12,534 bases of DNA from Candidatus Odinarchaeia archaeon (GTDB taxonomy: Archaea; Asgardarchaeota; Odinarchaeia; Odinarchaeales; Odinarchaeaceae). A program made the position numbers and the translations under genes. Where the stretch lies: NCBI GenBank assembly GCA_029856525.1, contig JAHQXC010000037.1, positions 1 through 12,534 on the forward strand, in the 5' to 3' direction. The notes below the pieces were generated by a model that saw only the letters and a program-made list of their open reading frames with translations, was not told where the DNA came from and did not search any database. Shown here in pieces: positions 1 through 7,248 of this stretch; the first letter of the stretch is position 1; every line of letters begins with the position of its first letter.

Positions 1-33
1 CCTGCTCGCTTCAGCTATAGATATCTCCTGCAT
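1..33 (-). CDS. 5' end of an unidentified protein-coding gene running off the left edge (MQEISIAEASR...)
   Basis: ATG at 33-31 on the minus strand, preceded by AAAGGTGGA (SD-like) at suitable spacing. Eleven open codons run to the window edge. An AT-rich BRE/TATA-like AAAAGTCTTTAAATA lies upstream at about 110-96. Confidence 0.6.
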   Translation of the reverse strand, partial: MQEISIAEASR

Positions 34-178
34 TAAATCCACCTTTCTCTAAAAACCGTTAAATAATAGGTTTAAAATAGCTATACGCTTAAAATTATTT
101 AAAGACTTTTAACCAGCATTGAGCCAGTGTATTTAGCTTTATTGCTAGGAGTTTCTTCTAGTATACTCGGGGACGGTT

Positions 179-192
179 GAAACACTTTATAT
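179..192 (+). promoter_or_regulatory. BRE/TATA-like element with no annotated plus-strand gene downstream
   Basis: GAAACAC-TTTATAT. It shares the 9-mer AACACTTTA with the putative tpiA promoter (6492-6500) and is flanked by two GTATACT copies (161-167, 202-208). Confidence 0.35.
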
Positions 193-282
193 TTGCGCCA
201 TGTATACTAACCGTTTCTAGGCGTAGGAGAGGTGAAATTTAAGCTTATGGAGGGTGAAGCCAGCTGTGAAAGCTATTATAGT

Positions 283-1170
283 TTACATAACCTCATCTTT
301 ATTGAAATTTCTCAGCGTACGTTTTAAATTATCTAATTCCTCTTCGCTTAGTTTTCTAAGAGGGAATCTTGGGAGACCGCAGTTAACTTTCAACTCTTTT
401 AGAATATAATATATTGCTGAGGGGAATGAACCTATGAACATCGCGTCTATTATTTTATCAGCTTTTTTTTGAAGTTTAACCGCTTTACTAATATTCATGT
501 CAGCTAGACAATTGTATAATTCCACCCATAAAGCTGGTATGAAATTAGCGCTTCCCAGTATCGCTCCATCCCCTCCCATGATTAGCGAACTCAGTGTTAA
601 ATAATCGTCGCCTATAATCCTCTTAAACCCTTTAATATTCTCTGTTAAAATAATGGTTTTCTGAAAGTTCTGGAGAACCCCGGAGGTGTCTTTCACACCA
701 TCAGCTAATCCCTCGCTCGCTAGAACCGAGATTATCTCCGGTGTCAGCGGGTTATTTGTTAATTGAGGTATGTTATATGCTATGATTTTCAGCGAGGTTT
801 GAGCTCTAATCCGCTTATAGAATTCCACTATCTCCTCTCTGCTCAATCTTATATAATATGGTGGTGGTAGAAGTATTGTGTCAACTCCTTTTCTCTCACA
901 GTGTTTTATAAGCTCTATAATATTATTATAGTTTGAATGCCCAACGCAGACGATCACATCATCGCTTTTATTACTATTGTTTAACACGTAGTCGATGCAG
1001 TTTTTACGCTCGTCTTGATCCAGATAAGGGAATAAACCTGTAGTGCCGTTGACTACGAACCCTCTTACACCTGACTTTCTCAAATACCTTGTTAACTCTT
1101 CAAACCCTGCTTCACTAGGCTTCCCCTCATCGTCGAAGGGTGTTATTAGAGCTGCATGTAAACTAGGCAT
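283..1170 (-). CDS. DHDPS/NAL-family class I (pyruvate-dependent) aldolase, probably not canonical DapA; KD(P)G-aldolase-like
   Basis: Motifs ALITPF, NGTTG (T43/T44), PPYY, AYNIP (Y132), GVKDT (Schiff-base K160), GDD and a C-terminal PRFPL. SD-like GGTGGGGG lies just before the ATG, 26 nt downstream of the fbp stop. Confidence 0.9.
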   Translation of the reverse strand: MPSLHAALITPFDDEGKPSEAGFEELTRYLRKSGVRGFVVNGTTGLFPYLDQDERKNCIDYVLNNSNKSDDVIVCVGHSNYNNIIELIKHCERKGVDTILLPPPYYIRLSREEIVEFYKRIRAQTSLKIIAYNIPQLTNNPLTPEIISVLASEGLADGVKDTSGVLQNFQKTIILTENIKGFKRIIGDDYLTLSSLIMGGDGAILGSANFIPALWVELYNCLADMNISKAVKLQKKADKIIDAMFIGSFPSAIYYILKELKVNCGLPRFPLRKLSEEELDNLKRTLRNFNKDEVM

Positions 1171-1196
1171 TCCCCCACCGGCTTATACTATCTGCT

Positions 1197-2294
1197 TTAT
1201 AGTTTTTCAAACCTTTTTTCAAGTTTAGATAAAACTTCAGGCAGCGTCGTATACTCTAGTTCCTCAGGCCCGAGGCGTGAAGGCTCGAATGGACCGTGTC
1301 TACGCATGTAATCCGCTATCTCCGCGGCTTTAAGTCTAACTGTGTCGAATGCAGGGTCATCGAATAAATCAGCTGGACCTATGAGCCGCCCGTTCGCTAA
1401 CTGGAAGCCTAAAGCGATCACTCGAGGAGGCCCATCGAATCTAGTGCACTTCGCATTTTTCACGCTGACAGGCATTATGGGACCGTGATGACTGCCCCTC
1501 ATCCAGCCGGCTACAATATGAGGGAAGGCGAAGCCCTCTAACACTTCTCCAACTGCAGGTAGACCGCTCTGCGCTCTGACCACCGCGCAAGGATCATCTT
1601 TTCCGACATATTTACCGGCTATAAGGGATAGTCTAGAAGTGGAGCATGCTGCTGCTGGTAAACCATCCTTTCTAAATATTTTTTTAATTACATATCTCCC
1701 CGGTGTTCCTATCAAAGCTAGCAGGTCATACATTTCCTCCGGTGTGTTTAAGCGAACCAACCGGTGCTCTTTAACATCCATCACCTCGAATGTGAAACCA
1801 TTATGCAGTGATTTATCTATTATTAATCCAGCTGTGCAGAAGGGGTCTGCGAATATACGGAATAATGGTAGGTTAAAAGCTCCAGGTTCTGTTTTATCCA
1901 TCATAATCGCTATCACCGGATCGCTCGGTCTCTCCTCGAATTCTAATTCAGCTACACCAGGACCCATACCTTTCACATTCCCTGAGAATGTGTCTGATAA
2001 TAAATCCTGCCCGGCGCCGTAAAGCTTTAATTCCTTCGATTTTTTAGTAGCTTCACAGAAGGTATCCCAGGCTAAACCGTGAATAGTTTCATCATCTTCC
2101 CCTCTTCTATGAGTTAGAATTAACTCGAGATCGTCTCCGCAGTTGGTGACGTAGAAATCGATTATCTTATTATTATCTTTAGCATCCTTCAGTTTTCGTC
2201 TAGCAACCTCTATTAAATCAGGGTGAACTACATGATGGCCGCAAAGTGAGCCTATATCCGCTTTTATTATTGAAAAAGTTATTTTATCCGCCAT
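1197..2294 (-). CDS. fbp: Bifunctional fructose-1,6-bisphosphate aldolase/phosphatase (FBPase class V)
   Basis: Motifs IKADIG..GH, GDD, LYGAGQDLL, NVKGMGPG, DKTEPGAFN, YVGKDDP (Y229/K232 counted from this start), GWMRGSHHGP, DGPPRV and ELEYT. Start moved from the ORF-track 2309 to ATG 2294 because GGAGGAGG (SD) lies 6 nt upstream and the homologous N-terminus begins there. Confidence 0.97.
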   Translation of the reverse strand: MADKITFSIIKADIGSLCGHHVVHPDLIEVARRKLKDAKDNNKIIDFYVTNCGDDLELILTHRRGEDDETIHGLAWDTFCEATKKSKELKLYGAGQDLLSDTFSGNVKGMGPGVAELEFEERPSDPVIAIMMDKTEPGAFNLPLFRIFADPFCTAGLIIDKSLHNGFTFEVMDVKEHRLVRLNTPEEMYDLLALIGTPGRYVIKKIFRKDGLPAAACSTSRLSLIAGKYVGKDDPCAVVRAQSGLPAVGEVLEGFAFPHIVAGWMRGSHHGPIMPVSVKNAKCTRFDGPPRVIALGFQLANGRLIGPADLFDDPAFDTVRLKAAEIADYMRRHGPFEPSRLGPEELEYTTLPEVLSKLEKRFEKL

Positions 2295-2339
2295 TTCTTC
2301 CTCCTCCATAAATTCTATGTTAGCCTTTCAGCTTCAAAC

Positions 2340-2352
2340 TATATAAGATTTT
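2340..2352 (-). promoter_or_regulatory. Putative BRE/TATA promoter of the fbp-aldolase operon
   Basis: Minus strand reads AAAATC-TTATATA, about 45 nt upstream of the fbp ATG, in a divergent intergenic region. Confidence 0.55.
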
Positions 2353-2370
2353 ACACGCTTCGAATTCCTT

Positions 2371-2382
2371 AAACTTTTATAT
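2371..2382 (+). promoter_or_regulatory. Putative BRE/TATA promoter of the subtilase gene
   Basis: AAAC-TTTTATAT, about 50 nt upstream of the TTG start. It predicts a TSS near 2407-2411. Confidence 0.55.
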
Positions 2383-2433
2383 TCATTCAACACAATACTT
2401 TAGTAACAAGATGGCTGCTGAGAGGTTAAAGCA

Positions 2434-5400
2434 TTGAACAGGAATTTTCTAGTAGGCTTCACACTAATATTTTTCTTAATAACCCCTGTTTTCATTGTTA
2501 ATGGTGTGCAAGCTGCTTCAAATAATCTGGATTCAACCGGTTTTAACATGCAATTCAATAACAGAGTATACGGTCAGGATTTAGAATGGTGTTTAGTAAA
2601 TTATCCTTCATCGAAAGATATCCCGGTTATAATTCTTTTTAAAAATAATGTATCCGCTGCACTCGGCGGAGAACTGTTAAATCTTCGAGGCTATCCGAGT
2701 TTAACAGTAAAATATGTCTACGAATCTATAAACGGTGTTGCCTGTAAAGCTTCTAAGCATGATCTTCTCAGTATTCTTCAACTCTCTTTTATAGAGAGAG
2801 TTTATCTTGACAGAGAATATAGCTTCGAGCTTCCCGAGCAATCTATTGTTAGCAGTAGGATTGAAGCGCTTTACACTTCAGGTTTAGAAGCTATTGGAGC
2901 TCTACCTCTCCAGTCGAATTATACCGGCAGCGGAGTGAAGATAGCTATCCTAGACTCTGGTATAAGCTTAACACATCCTGATTTCAAGGGTAGGATAATC
3001 GCCTCTAAATCTTTCGTGGAGGATGAGAATGAAACCGATCTCAACGGCCATGGAACACATGTAGCTGGTATAGCTGCCGGAAGCGGTTTAGCTTCAAACG
3101 GCTTATATAAGGGTGTCGCCCCTGGCGCTCAGCTTATAAACGCTAAATGCGCTCAAATATCGGGTATTGCTTTAACCTCAGATATAATAGCTGCTATAGA
3201 GTGGAGTGTAAGCGAGCAGCACGCTGATATTTTATCGATCAGCTTAGGAGGCGGGGTGGGAGACCCTGAGTCTCCTCTTTCTAAGGCTGTTGACTGGGCT
3301 GCCGGGCAGGGTGTAGTAGTATCGATTTCAGCCGGTAACAGTGGCCCGGACTATGCTTCAGTAGCTTCACCTGCAGCTGCTAAACGCGTTATCGCTGTAG
3401 GCGCTTCAGATTATAATGATCATATTGTAGATTTCAGCAGCCGGGGGCCGACTGTTGACGGCCGTGTTTCACCAGACTTAGTGGCTCCAGGATACCAGGT
3501 TATCTCCACTCTTGCAAAAGACTCTGTGATAGATCTTATATGCCAATACTATCTTTCACCGGATCCCCGGATAGCAGGTGCAGGTGTTTATAGCAGCGGC
3601 TACTATTATATAGCTTTAAGCGGCACAAGTATGGCGGCTCCCTTTGTCTCAGGTGCGGTTGCTTTACTGTTATCCGCTTTCCCGAATCTTAAAGGGAACC
3701 CGGAGGCTGTTAAATCAGCTTTAATGAATACAGCGGTTAAACTAGTCAACGGTAGCGGCGTAGAGTATTCTCCTAATATTCAGGGAGCTGGTAGACTTAA
3801 CGTTACAGCCGCTTACTATTATCTGCTCGCTTTAAACACGTCAACATCTCATATTAAAACTACTAGTATTCTTCCATGTGAGCTACCTGTTGAACCATAC
3901 AGGATAATGTACCCTGGTCAGGAAGTTAATGTGATCTTAAAATTTCTAACCGGAGAGCCTTTAAACATCTCTATTGTGAACGCACAGACTTTAAATGCTT
4001 CAAAATATTTAAGCTTCGGTAACAGTAGTTATCTAACAAGCAGCGGATGGAATGTCTCTGTTGAAAACTATTTAGACATATTTTTAAAATTGAAACTGCC
4101 TTTAAATATAACTCCTGGTTCTTACACCGGAAGAATAGAGATATTCAACCGTTCAGACTGGACTAGCCTGCATAATATTACTGTAAGCTTTCAAGTTAAA
4201 ACTCCTTTAGCTAGAATCTATTTCGACATGCTTCACAACTATGATTATGATGATACGCCTCTGAGAAATTACCGGTTATTCTTCAATATCTTAATGAGCG
4301 ACGGATACGCTGTTTACTATGGGGCCAATCTTTTAACCTATGAATTTGTTAAAAACTTTGATTTAATAATCCTACCTGATATTGAAATTCAACTTTTAAA
4401 TTTCGAAGTTGAAGCCTTACACAAATATGTTGCTGAAGGAGGCAGCCTACTAGTGTTAGGCTCATTTTATCCGATGACTGTTCCAGAATCACTAAACCAG
4501 CTTATCTCAGCTTACGGAATTCAGTATAAAAGCGGTTATGCTGGTAATCTTCTAAGTTACACGGATTTAGGTTTATCACGCGACTATGAAAACCTAATAG
4601 TAACCAATATTATAAGCGACCCTATTACGCTGGGCGTCTCCTCTTACACTTTCGGCTCAGGGCTTAGTTTAGAAGTCAGTTCACAGGCTAAAATATTAGC
4701 TAGATTAGACGGGAAACCTGTTTTAGCATCCTATGATAATCTCACTATTACAGGAGGGCGTGTAGTGGTTTTCTCGAATGAGCTCACATTCTACTCTGAG
4801 AGCCTCCAGTCAACTACTCAAAATAATCTGAAGCTTGTAAGAAATACTGTGAACTGGTTGTTGAATGAGGAACCCACATTAATAACTGTCTCCGCTGAAG
4901 ATAGCGTGATTAAATTAACAGGCTCTTACAATGAAAGCGTATACGTTTATCTCTCATATAATGGTGTTCCAGTGGAGGGTTTTATAAGCGGAGTTAACTT
5001 GAACGCTACGCTTAACGGTTCACCTATAAACATAACTGAATTAGGCTTCGGAGTCTACGCTGTTAATTTCAATATTACCTCACCGGGTGTGTATAGAGTT
5101 GACGTTAAAGCTGATAACGGAACTGTTAAAGGCTTCGACTCGGCTCAAATAATCGCCGCGGATAATTTACCGGCTTTAACCTCTCTAACACTTACTAAAA
5201 ACGGTAGCATTCAACCTGGTGTAAACTATCCTCACTGGGTTGAATTAGAAGATTTTAACAGCAGCCTGATAATCTCCAAGTTCGGTGAAGAAATGATTGT
5301 AAATGCGACGGCTGTTAACTCGGATAGTATTCTTCTAGCAGCAAATAGTGATCCTCAACAGTTTTATGAGTTAACAAGCCGGAATATAACCTATATACAA

Positions 5401-6264
5401 GATTATATGAGTTATCTAGGCGGGTTAAGCTGGAGTTATACTATAACACCTAACTCATCTTATACAGCCGCCTTATATCCTATTATAATAGTTCCTTTAA
5501 ATACATCTCTTCCTTCAGTGAACCCGGCTAGTTTTATTATTAAAACTATTTTAATAGTCGGAGCTGAACCTGAAATAGATGAAAATAAAACATTAGTTAA
5601 CGGTACCCCGGTTGACAGCCTACAAAAATATAATATAGGCGGAGGGGAGACGCTTCCAATATACTATTATTCTTTAGGCTCAGCTGTGCAATTATCAACG
5701 ACAGGCTCAGATATACAGGATAATCCTTCCAATATGAAAGCTTACGTATGGGTTATAGACGCGCTATTATACTATTATTTAGGGCAACCAGTCTACGTTA
5801 TAAAACTTGACTATAACCAGCTGTCTCAGGCTTTCAACGGAGACTTTTTAATTTCAAGCTTCATAGTCTCCGGGCCGGCTGGAACAATAGCTTTAAAAAC
5901 GAATTGGGCTTATAACATGATATTTTTCTTAGTCAACTCTGAAGGCGATTTCGCTCAGGGTCCTCAAATCCTTCTAGTTTTCCAGCAAGGATTCGGATTT
6001 CTCCCAAGCCCGTTCATTTTAATTCTAATCGGTTTACTGTTAATCACTTTACCATTCTATATAATGCAGCGGCGTAGAATTAGGAGAAGCATGCAGGAAG
6101 CCGAGCAAGCTTATAAACCTTATATTGAAGAGCCTCTTCCAGGCGAAACTGCTTTACCCCCAAGATTCTGCCCTTACTGTGGCGCTAAAGTGAATTACGG
6201 TGATATATACTGTCTCTCCTGTGGGAGCCTGCTCCCTGAAGATGATCATTCTTCAACCGGGTAA
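2434..6264 (+). CDS. Membrane-anchored S8 subtilase: signal peptide, I9-like propeptide, catalytic domain, Ig-like segment, GIFT/DUF4350-like domain, beta-rich stalk, TM helix and cytoplasmic C4 zinc ribbon (Site-1-protease-like architecture)
   Basis: TTG start with GAGGT SD 7 nt upstream. Hydrophobic signal peptide ending VQA|AS. Triad D174 (ILDSG), H206 (NGHGTHVAG), S399 (SGTSMA), plus oxyanion N302 (SAGNSG). GATase-like/GIFT segment at aa ~594-810. TM at aa ~1194-1211 followed by QRRRIRR. CPYC-x10-CLSC at aa 1246-1263. About 28 N-x-S/T sequons by manual count, all N-terminal of the TM. Confidence 0.93.
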   Translation: MNRNFLVGFTLIFFLITPVFIVNGVQAASNNLDSTGFNMQFNNRVYGQDLEWCLVNYPSSKDIPVIILFKNNVSAALGGELLNLRGYPSLTVKYVYESINGVACKASKHDLLSILQLSFIERVYLDREYSFELPEQSIVSSRIEALYTSGLEAIGALPLQSNYTGSGVKIAILDSGISLTHPDFKGRIIASKSFVEDENETDLNGHGTHVAGIAAGSGLASNGLYKGVAPGAQLINAKCAQISGIALTSDIIAAIEWSVSEQHADILSISLGGGVGDPESPLSKAVDWAAGQGVVVSISAGNSGPDYASVASPAAAKRVIAVGASDYNDHIVDFSSRGPTVDGRVSPDLVAPGYQVISTLAKDSVIDLICQYYLSPDPRIAGAGVYSSGYYYIALSGTSMAAPFVSGAVALLLSAFPNLKGNPEAVKSALMNTAVKLVNGSGVEYSPNIQGAGRLNVTAAYYYLLALNTSTSHIKTTSILPCELPVEPYRIMYPGQEVNVILKFLTGEPLNISIVNAQTLNASKYLSFGNSSYLTSSGWNVSVENYLDIFLKLKLPLNITPGSYTGRIEIFNRSDWTSLHNITVSFQVKTPLARIYFDMLHNYDYDDTPLRNYRLFFNILMSDGYAVYYGANLLTYEFVKNFDLIILPDIEIQLLNFEVEALHKYVAEGGSLLVLGSFYPMTVPESLNQLISAYGIQYKSGYAGNLLSYTDLGLSRDYENLIVTNIISDPITLGVSSYTFGSGLSLEVSSQAKILARLDGKPVLASYDNLTITGGRVVVFSNELTFYSESLQSTTQNNLKLVRNTVNWLLNEEPTLITVSAEDSVIKLTGSYNESVYVYLSYNGVPVEGFISGVNLNATLNGSPINITELGFGVYAVNFNITSPGVYRVDVKADNGTVKGFDSAQIIAADNLPALTSLTLTKNGSIQPGVNYPHWVELEDFNSSLIISKFGEEMIVNATAVNSDSILLAANSDPQQFYELTSRNITYIQDYMSYLGGLSWSYTITPNSSYTAALYPIIIVPLNTSLPSVNPASFIIKTILIVGAEPEIDENKTLVNGTPVDSLQKYNIGGGETLPIYYYSLGSAVQLSTTGSDIQDNPSNMKAYVWVIDALLYYYLGQPVYVIKLDYNQLSQAFNGDFLISSFIVSGPAGTIALKTNWAYNMIFFLVNSEGDFAQGPQILLVFQQGFGFLPSPFILILIGLLLITLPFYIMQRRRIRRSMQEAEQAYKPYIEEPLPGETALPPRFCPYCGAKVNYGDIYCLSCGSLLPEDDHSSTG

Positions 6265-6276
6265 CGTGTTATAGCA

Positions 6277-6282
6277 TTTTTT
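6277..6282 (+). terminator. Possible oligo(T) archaeal terminator for the subtilase gene
   Basis: T6 run 13 nt after the stop codon. Confidence 0.35.
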
Positions 6283-6295
6283 AAATAAATTTTAA

Positions 6296-6489
6296 CTTCA
6301 CGGCGGAGGCCTCCTTCAGATATGAGAAGAGCTTGGATCTGATAGTTTTTTGTATAAAGAGCACTTGGCTGAGGGATTCTAAGATAGCTGTGAAGAGTGG
6401 GCGGCTACTTCACATACCGTGAAGCTGTGATTGAAGGGTAATCTTTTTCAAGGAAGTATGAAGCCTCTTTGCGAAAGCGGGTGTTCATA
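6296..6489 (+). mobile_element. Structured, relatively GC-rich intergenic element; candidate IS200/IS605-derived miniature element or omega-RNA-like ncRNA
   Basis: Stems at 6296-6303/6417-6424 (8 bp), 6316-6321/6337-6342, 6389-6395/6408-6414, 6431-6435/6447-6451 and 6457-6462/6484-6489. The last has a GC-GAAA-GC cap. The 3' end GAAGCC..hairpin..GGGTGTTCA resembles IS200/IS605 right ends. No convincing ORF. Confidence 0.3.
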
Positions 6490-6491
6490 GT

Positions 6492-6504
6492 AACACTTTA
6501 ATAT
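6492..6504 (+). promoter_or_regulatory. Putative BRE/TATA promoter of the tpiA-DUF89 operon
   Basis: AACAC-TTTAATAT, about 50 nt upstream of the tpiA ATG. Confidence 0.5.
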
Positions 6505-6513
6505 TTAAGTTAA

Positions 6514-7236
<723 letters not shown>

Positions 7237-7248
7237 AGGTGTCTGTTA

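Noticed and set aside
1043-1228. 61-aa plus-strand ORF
   Set aside because: Antisense shadow of the aldolase and fbp genes, with no recognisable motif.
1834-1848. Fbp reads DPFCT where homologs usually have DPFNT
   Set aside because: A single substitution with all catalytic Lys/Tyr/Asp motifs intact; no basis for a changed function.
1639-2022. 127-aa plus-strand ORF
   Set aside because: Lies entirely antisense to the highly conserved fbp; shadow ORF.
2295-2309. N-terminal MEEEE extension of Fbp in the ORF track
   Set aside because: These codons are the GGAGGAGG ribosome-binding site of the ATG at 2294.
6319-6372. Possible box C/D guide sRNA (two CTGA boxes 30 nt apart, ~53 nt)
   Set aside because: Candidate C (GATATGA/ATGAGA) and C' (TGTATAA) boxes match RUGAUGA poorly, and no rRNA target could be recognised.
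6405-6488. 27-codon minus-strand ORF (MNTRFRKEASYF...)
   Set aside because: No SD or recognisable motif; the sequence is better explained by RNA/DNA structure.
6290-6490. RNase P RNA, SRP RNA, TPP/Moco riboswitch, SECIS or tRNA
   Set aside because: Hallmark sequences (GAGGAAAGUCC, SRP helix-8 motif, CUGAGA/ACCUGA, cloverleaf with TTCGA) are absent.
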